From a bacterium (GTDB lineage: Bacteria; SAR324; XYD2-FULL-50-16; G965216635), in NCBI GenBank assembly GCA_965216635.1, contig OZ244188.1, positions 64,001-128,000 of the forward strand: 64,000 nt of DNA. Reading direction: 5' to 3'. This document shows, in pieces, positions 9,140 through 18,465 of the stretch. The notes beneath the pieces are model-generated. The model was not told the origin of the DNA. It saw only the letters and a list, made by a program, of their open reading frames with translations, and made no database searches. The position numbers and the translations under genes are program-made. Positions within the stretch are counted from its first letter, which is position 1. Every line of letters starts with the position of its first letter.

Positions 9140-10369
9140 ATGATTTCGGTATTACAGGCGCAGAATCAAATTTTAGATAGCCCTATTTCTTTGAAGAAAG
9201 AAAAAATAGCTTTAGGCTCTTCTCTTAAAAGAGTTTTAGCAGAAAATCTTATCTGCGATAGGGATACACCTCCTTTTGATAGAGCAACGATGGATGGTAT
9301 CGCAGTTTGTTGGGATAAGGATAAAAAAAACAAGCGCTTTGCTTTATTGGGGGAGTTACAAGCGGGAGATGATTTTTCACTCAAATTCGGAAAAGACAAA
9401 ATTCAGAAAAATCAAGCCGTGCAAATTATGACAGGGGCTGCCATTCCCAAAGGTTGCAATCAAGTTATTCCTATAGAAAATTTAGTTTTTGAAAAAAAAG
9501 AAGTATTTTTCAAGGAGACTCCAAGCCTTAAATTCAGCAATAAATTCATTAGCAGCAAAGGAGAAGATGCTAAAAAAGGAGATTTGCTATTTTTTAAAGG
9601 AAATTGGCTAGATTCAAGAGCAGAAGCTGTCTGTGCTGCACTAGGTAAAAAAGAAGTTTGTGTTTTTTCGGCTCCGAGTGTCGCTATTTTAGCTACAGGT
9701 AATGAAATAGTTCCAGTGCAAAAAACTCCTCAGAATTTTCAAATTCGCGATGTCAATTCTTATTTACTACTTTCTTTGCTAAAACAAAAATCAATCCCTT
9801 GCTTTAGTCTGGGCGTTGCTCAAGATAAAAAAGAGCAAAATAATAAAACCAGTCTAAGAAACAAACTAAAAGCAGGGCTGGAGCACGATCTACTTTTGAT
9901 TAGCGGGGGTGTATCGGCTGGAAAATACGACCTAGTGCCGAGTCTTTTAGAAGAGCTAGGCTGTAAAAAGATTTTTCACAAGGTCCGCTTTAAACCAGGA
10001 AAACCTCTTTGGTTTGGCTGCTATGGTAAAACTGCTATTTTTGGGATGCCCGGTAATCCAGTATCTGTCCATGTTTGTTGGAAACTTTTTGTAGAACCTT
10101 ATATTCATAAATTTTTAGGTGTAGCTAAAGAAAAATGTTTTCTAGACTGGGATACAAGAAAATTGACGCAAGAGATTTCTGCTTCTTTTGCTCTGGAGAC
10201 TTACCTGCCCGCCCAAAAAACAAAAGATGGTAAAATTATCCCTAAGTTTTTCAAAACAAGTGGAGATTTTTTCTCTCTTTTGGGAAGCGACGGTTTAATT
10301 CGCATCAAGGCACAAACAGATTTTCTTGCCAAAAACAGTGAAATTGCTTACTTAGATTGGCATTACTAA
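9140..10369 (+). CDS. moeA: Molybdopterin molybdenumtransferase MoeA
   Basis: PPFDRATMDGIA, IMTGA, ATGNE, SGGVSAG, KPGKP, PGNPVS. Confidence 0.93.
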   Translation: MISVLQAQNQILDSPISLKKEKIALGSSLKRVLAENLICDRDTPPFDRATMDGIAVCWDKDKKNKRFALLGELQAGDDFSLKFGKDKIQKNQAVQIMTGAAIPKGCNQVIPIENLVFEKKEVFFKETPSLKFSNKFISSKGEDAKKGDLLFFKGNWLDSRAEAVCAALGKKEVCVFSAPSVAILATGNEIVPVQKTPQNFQIRDVNSYLLLSLLKQKSIPCFSLGVAQDKKEQNNKTSLRNKLKAGLEHDLLLISGGVSAGKYDLVPSLLEELGCKKIFHKVRFKPGKPLWFGCYGKTAIFGMPGNPVSVHVCWKLFVEPYIHKFLGVAKEKCFLDWDTRKLTQEISASFALETYLPAQKTKDGKIIPKFFKTSGDFFSLLGSDGLIRIKAQTDFLAKNSEIAYLDWHY

Positions 10370-10437
10370 TAGTAGGCTGCAATTACAGGTTTGCTTAGAA
10401 ATAGTGGGTTTTTCTTCAAAAGTCTATCAAATATAAA

Positions 10438-12309
10438 ATGTCTTTATCATCTTTACTAATCCAACAGATTCTAGAATCTCAAAATTTTTTAAAGCAAAAT
10501 TCTAACTTTAATAGCATAGATTTTCAATTAGCTCAGTTATTAGCAGAAAAAGAAACCAAACCTGATTTACAAGCTAGTGTTTTTTTGCTGACTCTTTTGC
10601 TTTCTATTCGTCTGAATAAGGGTGCTATTTTTTTAGACGGAATAGAATTTAAAGAGGGTTGTCAGAAAATAATCACCTCTTTGAAAGAAAAAATTGCAAA
10701 TTTTTCAATCCTAAATTTCTCGCAAATTGCAGAATCTCAGTCTGTCGGTGGCGTTAATGAAAAAAAACCACTTATTTTTGATAAGGCAGAGGATAAAATT
10801 TATTTTCAAAAATTTTATAGCTACCAAGTTTTATTTTTAGAGCAAATACAAAGACTTTACCTGAAAACCAAGCAAGACTTTCCCGATGGCGAGGCACTTC
10901 CGAAAATCACAAAATTTTTAAATCAAGAAAAAAAACTTGATAAAGTCCAGAAAGAAGCTATAGCCAAAGCCTTCAGTTTTCCTTTAACTATTATTAGCGG
11001 AGCTCCAGGTACTGGAAAAACTTTTGTGATTGCAAAATTACTAGAGACTATCCAAAAAAACAGCACCACAGCTAAAAAAATAGCTTTTTTGAGTTTTACA
11101 GGAAAAGCAGCAAGTCGTTTAGAAGAATCGCTGAATTTTTTAGATTTAGAACAAATAGACGCTAATCACTTTCGGCTAGGCAATATTTTTTTGAGAATAT
11201 CTACCATTCACTCTATGCTACAAAGCAAACACGATTATTATTACAGCGAGGAAGAAGATCTTTTTTTGTGGGATTACCTCGTTTTGGACGAGACTTCTAT
11301 GATAGATTTAGCCTTGATAGGGCGACTTTTATCAAAAACCCACCCTCATTCTAAAGTAGTATTAGTAGGCGATCACCTTCAATTACACCCCATAGAAGTG
11401 GGTTATTTTTTCTTTGACCTCTGTCAAGCATTGCAATCTCCCAAAATAAAAATCCGTCCCTTTTTTTTTATTCCACTCCAAAAGGGGTATCGCTTTGAAA
11501 GTAGCACTGCCGAAAAAAAAGTTTCCTATTTATCAAAACTTTTATTTAAAAACAACGGAGCAGAATTACTAGAACTTGCCAAGTTGGATAAACTAAAGCA
11601 AGACGCAAAAACCGAATATTTTGAAACCAGATACTTCCATTCTATCACTGAGATTCCTAAACTCTACGATTTTTTATTTCAAAAAATACAAGACAAATAC
11701 AAAGCCCTTTTTCAGGTAACAGAGCCCGCACAGGCTTTTATCATTTATCGCAAATTTGTTATTCTTTGTGGTTTAAGAGTAGGAGATTGGGGGTTGGAAA
11801 GAATCAATCGGTGGATAGAAAAAAAGTTAGCAGAAAAAAGAACTTCACCTATGGAAAAAGAGCTATTGCCGGGTGGGCCTGATATAGCCCAACCTCAAAT
11901 TTGGTATGTCGGCAGACCTATTATGATACAGGTTAATTCCCCCTCCTTAGGTGTCAGTAATGGAGATATAGGAATTTGTTTAAAAGATGAAAACGGAGAT
12001 TATCGTATCTATTTTCAAGGAGCAGAAAAAATTTCTTCTCTTAACCCCAGCAGTTTGCCAGACTATCAAAGTGCCTTTGCTCTTTCCATCCATAAAAGTC
12101 AAGGATCTGAATTTGACGAAGTTTTAATTTGCCTCGCAGAAAAACACTACGAGCATTTCAACCGAGAGCTACTTTATACCGCTATCACCCGCGCTAAAAA
12201 TAAAGCGAGTATCATTGCAACCTCTGATGTCCTCAAGACAACTGTGCAGAAAAGTTGCGGACAAACTACTGCGATTAAAGAGAAAATAGAAAATATGCTT
12301 CTTTCTTAA
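10438..12309 (+). CDS. recD: Exodeoxyribonuclease V alpha subunit RecD
   Basis: GAPGTGKT, TGKAA, LDETSMID, GDHLQL, NGDIG, SIHKSQGSEF, RELLYTAITRA. Confidence 0.9.
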   Translation: MSLSSLLIQQILESQNFLKQNSNFNSIDFQLAQLLAEKETKPDLQASVFLLTLLLSIRLNKGAIFLDGIEFKEGCQKIITSLKEKIANFSILNFSQIAESQSVGGVNEKKPLIFDKAEDKIYFQKFYSYQVLFLEQIQRLYLKTKQDFPDGEALPKITKFLNQEKKLDKVQKEAIAKAFSFPLTIISGAPGTGKTFVIAKLLETIQKNSTTAKKIAFLSFTGKAASRLEESLNFLDLEQIDANHFRLGNIFLRISTIHSMLQSKHDYYYSEEEDLFLWDYLVLDETSMIDLALIGRLLSKTHPHSKVVLVGDHLQLHPIEVGYFFFDLCQALQSPKIKIRPFFFIPLQKGYRFESSTAEKKVSYLSKLLFKNNGAELLELAKLDKLKQDAKTEYFETRYFHSITEIPKLYDFLFQKIQDKYKALFQVTEPAQAFIIYRKFVILCGLRVGDWGLERINRWIEKKLAEKRTSPMEKELLPGGPDIAQPQIWYVGRPIMIQVNSPSLGVSNGDIGICLKDENGDYRIYFQGAEKISSLNPSSLPDYQSAFALSIHKSQGSEFDEVLICLAEKHYEHFNRELLYTAITRAKNKASIIATSDVLKTTVQKSCGQTTAIKEKIENMLLS

Positions 12310-12310
12310 A

Positions 12311-12973
12311 ATGCCAAAAAACGAAAACACTTCTTGGTCTACTGATCCTTATTTTCAGAATTGCCGTCTTTGCTTGAAAAGCGATAAGCAACTCAAAGAG
12401 CCTCTAAAAATCACCGCCCCAGAAAAAGCACTCACAAAAAATTTTGCTAGTGCGGTACGGAAAAATCATTTTTTACTCGGCAGACACTACACCCATCTGT
12501 TACTTACAGAAATGGGTCATCCACAAAAAAATATTTTCAAAAAAAATAGCGGCAGTCCGCTTTGGGAAAAAGGAATCAAAGGAAGTATTAGCCACTGTAA
12601 AGGTTACATTGCAATATGTCTGAGCGATGAAGTTACTATCCGAGCCATAGGAATAGATATAGAAAATAGTACTCGTAAAGTTCAACAACCCATTTTAAAA
12701 AAAATTTCCCATCCGCAAGAAAATTTCGCTAGCATATCCACTTTAAAGCATTCTGCTAAAATTGACGAAAAAGAAGTCCTTTCTATTTTTTGTTTGAAAG
12801 AAGCCATTCTTAAATGTTTTGGCTCACTAGGGGAAAAAATAGAATTTCAAGATATTGTCATTGCCTCCTTAAATCCTCCTTTAGTGAGTGTTCCTCGTTT
12901 CAAACTAAAAAACCAAAAAGCCTACTTACTCCAAACAAATAACTTTATTTTAGCGAGTTTGATTTTGCGATGA
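12311..12973 (+). CDS. 4'-phosphopantetheinyl transferase (EntD-like)
   Basis: GSISHC, IGIDIE, FCLKEAILK. Confidence 0.8.
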   Translation: MPKNENTSWSTDPYFQNCRLCLKSDKQLKEPLKITAPEKALTKNFASAVRKNHFLLGRHYTHLLLTEMGHPQKNIFKKNSGSPLWEKGIKGSISHCKGYIAICLSDEVTIRAIGIDIENSTRKVQQPILKKISHPQENFASISTLKHSAKIDEKEVLSIFCLKEAILKCFGSLGEKIEFQDIVIASLNPPLVSVPRFKLKNQKAYLLQTNNFILASLILR

Positions 12974-12997
12974 TTTTTTTCATTTGTGTAGTAGCAC

Positions 12998-13080
12998 TAG
13001 CTAAAAATTTTTTTCGCACTTTTCTAACCATTTGGCTAGCCCCAATGGTTGGGTAAGCACCAGCGAAATTCAAAGGTTTA
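12998..13080. mobile_element. Palindromic MITE-like repeat, right half
   Basis: AGCTAAAAATTTTTTTCGCAC...CTAACCATTTGGCTAGCC...GCGAAATTCAAAGGTTTA. Confidence 0.65.
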
Positions 13081-13240
13081 TAAAATGAGAAAAAATTTGC
13101 TTTTTATTATTTTTAGGTGTAGAATAGAGTTTTTTTGTTGTTATATTAAAATTTTTTGAATTAGATATCCTGTTTAGGCTAACTTACCTGCCATTATTAG
13201 GGCTGAATAAGGTTAAGCCCAAAAAACAATTGCTATACTA

Positions 13241-13513
13241 TAGACCTTTGAATTTGCTTGTCTAGTTTAGCCTATGCAGCGTTAAAAATTTGTAAAAAAT
13301 GCTCACATACTAGTCTTATTGCTAAAAATTATTTACAGAAGTAATGTAAAAAAGCCACTGGCTTTTTTACATTACTTTTTCGCTAAGACTTAGTTTTTTT
13401 GGCATTCCGCTTAAACGATATGCTCCGCTGTTTCACAAATTTTCGCACCTGTTCTAACCATTTGGCTAGCCGTCGCAGTTGGTTTTGTCCTATTTGGCAA
13501 ATTCAAAAATCTA
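13241..13513. mobile_element. Palindromic MITE-like repeat with nested module
   Basis: Both TIRs; insert CTTATTGCT (13315)...ACGAT (13419) containing an 18-bp-arm perfect hairpin at 13339-13377. Confidence 0.8.
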
Positions 13514-13549
13514 TACTATTAAAAATTCTCAATAACTAGAAAATACTCC

Positions 13550-16500
13550 ATGAAAGAGTTACCCAAAGCTATCCGACAGGCTCTGAAGAAAGCTAAACTG
13601 TCCCCTGCCTTGAGCACAGATTTCTCTCAGTTTTTAAACCAACATCCCGATTGGGAATCGCAAACTCTCTACTTATTGAACGATAAAAACCAAAAGATTG
13701 AAGAAGTAGTGCAAGAGCTTTTCGGAGTTCCCATCAATAAACAATCTACATGGACAAAGGAGCCTCTTAAAAAAACAGCAAACATACAAACCAGCGAGCT
13801 AAATTTCAAGTCTCCTTCGCAACACAATGTACATGTCCGACACTCCTTTAAGGAGTGGAAACAGGAGAATGGTTTTTTCCCTTCTTTTTTTGAATCAGGA
13901 AATACCTATATTTTTATCCGCATTAAACCCTTTGTAGATGAAAATTTTAAACAACAATTTTGTTGGACTTTTAGTAAGGCTAAATATGGAAAAGCGGGCT
14001 GGCGTATAGAAAGAAATATCAAAAATATAAACTCTGCTCTTGCGAACAATAAACATAGCCCAGGTGAAAATGTAAAAACTTATCTTGAAAATAATCCTTT
14101 GCTGATGGATAAAAGCGTAAAATTTCTCTCAGATTTCTCTGCTGCTAGGGAGCACATACCGAACCCTTTTGTTTTGGATAGCTGCTGTAGTCAGACTTTA
14201 CTGTATTTACTTTTTGGACATCCCTTACTTTTTTTCAATGGTAGCCAAAAAACGCTTGTATTACAAAAATATAGGGTCGCAGTTGAGCTGCATTATGTGG
14301 CTAAAGAAGGCTATAGAGTAGTTTTTAGCACTTTTCACTTGAACAAAAAAACCCGCTTTACTTTTGATTTTCAAAAAAACAGAGAGCATATATTTTTTAT
14401 TGGCAAGGAAGATAAAGCTTTGCTTGTTAAGAATGCCTATTTTTCACTTCAAGCCTTAGATTTAGAAGTTAGTCAACTACAGGCTGTCACTCAAGGTATC
14501 TCTGTTTTGGACGAGGATTGGAGTAGATTTTTAAAACAATGGAAAAGCGAATATCCTGAACTAGAAATCAAAAAAACCAACGAATCTCAAGAACTAATAC
14601 CCGAATTTACGATAGGAAGTTTGATGGGATGGGAGTTTTGGTTGCAGTTGGAAAGAACTACATCACAAAAACCAGAGTTTCTACCTAAATTTCAATTTTC
14701 TTCCAAGATGCAACGGAATAGCTATCACAGAGTAGGAGTTAATGTGAAAAATGTTGCTCCTTACAATTCTAAAGATCTGGATTTTCACCACTTTAAAGAT
14801 TTAGAACAATTACTCCATTATACCCAAATCATTACAGTCTCTAAGAAAGATAAGGAATTTTATCTGCTAAATCCTACTGTTGCATCTCAATTTTTGCAGT
14901 TATTTAAAAATTACCCTTACATTTACAATAGTGATGGTGAACCTTTCTTTGCTAAAGACAAAAAAATCTATTTTGCACTTACGATTAAAAAATCGGAAGA
15001 TTATTACCACCAATATTTTTTGCAAGGTAGCTTGTATACGAAGGTCAAGATAAAAGAACAGATTCAATGGAAGCCTTTTCCAGATAATAAAGAGGAGCAG
15101 GTAAAGGTTATTGGTTTAGCTCCCGGCTTTATCTTTTATAAAAATAGAGTTTACGAAATGAATCGTATTTTTAATGGAAATTTTATAAAAAGTTGTCTCA
15201 CTGGTATTTTGGCTAATGAGAGAGAAATTAGTGATTTTTATGCTAATGCACTACCTTTTCTGAAAGCTAGGGGTGTGAAAATTTGGGATAACCATGGTTT
15301 GCTTAGAATTTCAGCTCTTTTCAATTATACAATTCAAGGAAAAATGACTGTGCAAGAAATTAAAGGAATTTTAGTAGGAGAACTGCATATGATTATGAAA
15401 ACAGATATAGGTGAATTTGAATATCCAATTTATGAAGGTGAAGACGAGTTTCAAAAAAGATTTGATAATCAACGTTTATCTATTACTCGCAATAAGCAGA
15501 TGGAAATGGAATTGCATAATATTATTTTAGAACACGGCTGGGTAAAAGAAGAAACAAATATCTATTCTATGAACGAAGTGAATGCTTTGAATTTTGTGTT
15601 GAATATTTTGCCTAATCAAAACGAAGGGCTGACTGTTGTTTATCGCGAAGAAAAACGGCTAAAGAGGTGGAAAACTTCTCGTATTACTCCTAAAGTATCT
15701 GTCAATATCAAACACAATATAGATTGGTTTATGGTGGATTTAAAGTTTGATGATTATCACTTGGATGTAGAACAGATTATTTCTATTTGGAGAGAAGGTA
15801 AAGACTATATTGATTTGGGTAAGGAAAAAGGGTTAGCTTTAATTGATCAAAACTGGATGAAACAGTATGCCCCTATATTTAATAGATTGGTTCACGCAAA
15901 ATATCAGTCCGACCCGTTGGTAAGAAGGGATGAAAAAAACTTGCTCTCTAAAAACCTAAAAGAATATAAAAAATTACGGGTCACGAAAAATAGTCTGGGT
16001 TTATTGGAAGAACTCCATAAAATATTCTCTACTAAAAAACGTAAAGAGTGGCATCCTTACAAAATTATCCCCAGAAAAATACCAGCAACTGTTCAAGCAA
16101 AACTCCGAGAGTACCAAAAAGAGGGGGTTAACTGGCTTTGTTTTTTACGAAAAAACGATTTTGGGGGTATCTTAGCAGATGATATGGGATTAGGAAAAAC
16201 TTTGCAAGCATTAACATTTTTTGAAATTGTAAGAACTTCTAGGGCTTTGAAAAAATGCAGTAAAAGAGCTCACCTAGTTGTTTGTCCCACTTCTGTTGTA
16301 ACAAACTGGCAAGAAGAAATGATAAAATTCACTCCCAAACTTAAATACTACCTCTATCACGGTCCCAAGAGAAAGAAAGAGATTTTCAATTTAAAGAAAA
16401 TAGATGTGATTATTACGAGTTATTCCTTATTACAAAAAGAGATAGATTTCTTTTTGAGCATGAATTTTGATGTAGTACTTTTAGACGAAGCGCAAAACAT

Positions 16501-17515
16501 TAAAAATGCCAATTCCAAAACTGCTAAAGCCGTTTGTCAATTAAATTCTATACAACGACTTTCTTTAACGGGAACTCCTATGGAAAACGATATTACAGAA
16601 TTTTGGTCTCAATTCAATTTTTTAATGCCTTCGCTTTTAGGTACTTTAAAAGATTTTCATAATCTCTATGTGCAACCCAAATACCAAAAGAAGTTGAAAA
16701 AAAAAGAATTTGATTATTCTTTGCTAAGAAAACAGACCAAACCTTTTATTTTAAGGAGACTTAAAGCTAATGTTGCCAAATCTTTACCTCCCAAAACAGA
16801 ACAAATTATCTATTGCGAAATGTATCCCGCTCAAAGAAAAATTTACAATGCAGTTCTGTTAGCAGAAAAAAAATCTCTCTTCAGAAAAATAGAAGAAAAT
16901 AAAAAAAACAACCAAATCAAAATTTCTTTTTTTGAAGCCCTTTTAAAATTACGGCAAATTTGTTGTGACCCTAGATTGAGTAAATTAATAGTGGACAACC
17001 CTCCTCCTAGTGCTAAACTGGATTTGTTTTTAAGCCATGTAGAAGAAATTGTATCAGAAGGACATAGAATTTTGGTTTTTAGCCAATTTGTGAAAATGCT
17101 CAATTTGATGCACCAACCTTTAAAAAAAAGAAATATTCACTTTTTACAACTAGACGGTTCAACAAATAACAGACAGGCTTCCATTGATAAATTTCAAAAT
17201 GATAGCCACTATTCTGTTTTTTTGATTAGCCTAAAAGCAGGTGGTACAGGTCTTAATTTGACCGCTGCCGATTATGTGATTCATTATGATCTTTGGTGGA
17301 ATCCAGCTGTGGAAAACCAAGCAAGTGATAGAGCTTACCGCATAGGACAAGACAAACATGTTTTTATCTATAAATTGATTACAAAAGATAGTGTAGAAGA
17401 AAAAATTTTAACCCTTCAAAGTCAAAAATTATCTGCTACAGAAAATGTGATTGATGAATTTCAGGATTTTAAAGGTATGTTAGCTATTGACTCTATTAAA
17501 GAAATACTTTCTTAA
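13550..17515 (+). CDS. SNF2/SWI2 family helicase with long N-terminal region
   Basis: LADDMGLGKT, LDEAQNIKN, LTGTPMEN, FILRRLK, SLKAGGTGLNLT, DRAYRIGQ. Confidence 0.92.
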   Translation: MKELPKAIRQALKKAKLSPALSTDFSQFLNQHPDWESQTLYLLNDKNQKIEEVVQELFGVPINKQSTWTKEPLKKTANIQTSELNFKSPSQHNVHVRHSFKEWKQENGFFPSFFESGNTYIFIRIKPFVDENFKQQFCWTFSKAKYGKAGWRIERNIKNINSALANNKHSPGENVKTYLENNPLLMDKSVKFLSDFSAAREHIPNPFVLDSCCSQTLLYLLFGHPLLFFNGSQKTLVLQKYRVAVELHYVAKEGYRVVFSTFHLNKKTRFTFDFQKNREHIFFIGKEDKALLVKNAYFSLQALDLEVSQLQAVTQGISVLDEDWSRFLKQWKSEYPELEIKKTNESQELIPEFTIGSLMGWEFWLQLERTTSQKPEFLPKFQFSSKMQRNSYHRVGVNVKNVAPYNSKDLDFHHFKDLEQLLHYTQIITVSKKDKEFYLLNPTVASQFLQLFKNYPYIYNSDGEPFFAKDKKIYFALTIKKSEDYYHQYFLQGSLYTKVKIKEQIQWKPFPDNKEEQVKVIGLAPGFIFYKNRVYEMNRIFNGNFIKSCLTGILANEREISDFYANALPFLKARGVKIWDNHGLLRISALFNYTIQGKMTVQEIKGILVGELHMIMKTDIGEFEYPIYEGEDEFQKRFDNQRLSITRNKQMEMELHNIILEHGWVKEETNIYSMNEVNALNFVLNILPNQNEGLTVVYREEKRLKRWKTSRITPKVSVNIKHNIDWFMVDLKFDDYHLDVEQIISIWREGKDYIDLGKEKGLALIDQNWMKQYAPIFNRLVHAKYQSDPLVRRDEKNLLSKNLKEYKKLRVTKNSLGLLEELHKIFSTKKRKEWHPYKIIPRKIPATVQAKLREYQKEGVNWLCFLRKNDFGGILADDMGLGKTLQALTFFEIVRTSRALKKCSKRAHLVVCPTSVVTNWQEEMIKFTPKLKYYLYHGPKRKKEIFNLKKIDVIITSYSLLQKEIDFFLSMNFDVVLLDEAQNIKNANSKTAKAVCQLNSIQRLSLTGTPMENDITEFWSQFNFLMPSLLGTLKDFHNLYVQPKYQKKLKKKEFDYSLLRKQTKPFILRRLKANVAKSLPPKTEQIIYCEMYPAQRKIYNAVLLAEKKSLFRKIEENKKNNQIKISFFEALLKLRQICCDPRLSKLIVDNPPPSAKLDLFLSHVEEIVSEGHRILVFSQFVKMLNLMHQPLKKRNIHFLQLDGSTNNRQASIDKFQNDSHYSVFLISLKAGGTGLNLTAADYVIHYDLWWNPAVENQASDRAYRIGQDKHVFIYKLITKDSVEEKILTLQSQKLSATENVIDEFQDFKGMLAIDSIKEILS

Positions 17516-17521
17516 AAAATA

Positions 17522-17992
17522 ATGACAAGACCGTGCACAGCTACTGGGTATAAAAACTTAAAAAATGAACTAGAGCAGTTCATTCAAAAAGAAAGACCCA
17601 AAGTAATAGCAGAAATCGCAGAAGCTAGAAGTCACGGCGATTTAAAAGAAAACGCAGAATATCACGCTGCAAAAGAAAAACAAGGATGGATAGAATCCAA
17701 AATAGCTCAGCTTAATCAATCCCTATCCGAATTGGAAATAATAGATGTAGCTGCTATAAAATCTACAAAAATTCAATTTGGAGCTACAGTAAAATACGAA
17801 AATATTGATACTGAAAAAATATCCGAATGGCAGCTTGTTTCTTCCGAAGAAGCCGATGTCCAAGAAAAAAAAATGTCTCTCGCCTCTCCTATCGCAAAAA
17901 ATTTATTAGGCAAAGAAGTAGGAGATTATGTAGAAATTCGTATCCCTAAAGGCATCATTAATCTTAAAATCCTAGAAATCAAATATATTTGA
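17522..17992 (+). CDS. greA: Transcription elongation factor GreA
   Basis: ARSHGDLKENAEYHAAKE, SPIAKNLLGK. Confidence 0.95.
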   Translation: MTRPCTATGYKNLKNELEQFIQKERPKVIAEIAEARSHGDLKENAEYHAAKEKQGWIESKIAQLNQSLSELEIIDVAAIKSTKIQFGATVKYENIDTEKISEWQLVSSEEADVQEKKMSLASPIAKNLLGKEVGDYVEIRIPKGIINLKILEIKYI

Positions 17993-18060
17993 TAGAGCTT
18001 TGAATTTGCCAAATAGGACAAAACCAGCTGTGACGGCTAGACAAGGCAAAAAATTTTATT
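17993..18060. mobile_element. Palindromic MITE-like repeat, one arm
   Basis: TAGAGCTTTGAATTTGCCAAATAGGACAAAACCAGCTGTGACGGCTAG. Confidence 0.65.
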
Positions 18061-18135
18061 CTACAGAAAAAACAATACTTATTTACTAAAATATTTCATT
18101 AAAATAATTTTTTGTGTATAATTATTAAATAATTC

Positions 18136-18465
18136 TTGATTTTTAATAAAAAAGTGATAGAATCTACTACGAACCATAAAGTTAAAGAAATTTCTTTCGA
18201 GCAAAATGCAATGAAAATTATTTGGCAAAATGGAGAAATATCAAAATTACTATTTCGCTTTTTGCGTCTTCATTGTCCTTGTGCTTCGTGTGTTGACGAA
18301 TTGACTGGTGAGAAAATTTTAGACGAAAAAAAAATTTCATCAGATATAATTCCGCTGGAGAGCCATTACATAGGAAATTATGCACTTAAAATAAAATGGA
18401 GCGACAACCATGATACTGGCATTTATTCCTTTAAAAATCTGTATCAATTATGCAAACAAATATAA
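18136..18465 (+). CDS. DUF971 / GBBH N-terminal-like metal-binding protein
   Basis: LRLHCPCASC, IGNYALKIKWSDNHDTGIYSF; start uncertain. Confidence 0.85.
   Translation: MIFNKKVIESTTNHKVKEISFEQNAMKIIWQNGEISKLLFRFLRLHCPCASCVDELTGEKILDEKKISSDIIPLESHYIGNYALKIKWSDNHDTGIYSFKNLYQLCKQI

Noticed and set aside
12311..12973. NRPS/PKS biosynthetic cluster implied by the PPTase
   Set aside because: No carrier-protein or synthase genes nearby
10438..17515. Anti-phage defence island (RecD-like helicase plus SNF2)
   Set aside because: Both look like ordinary housekeeping types in a core-gene context with no nuclease or methylase partners
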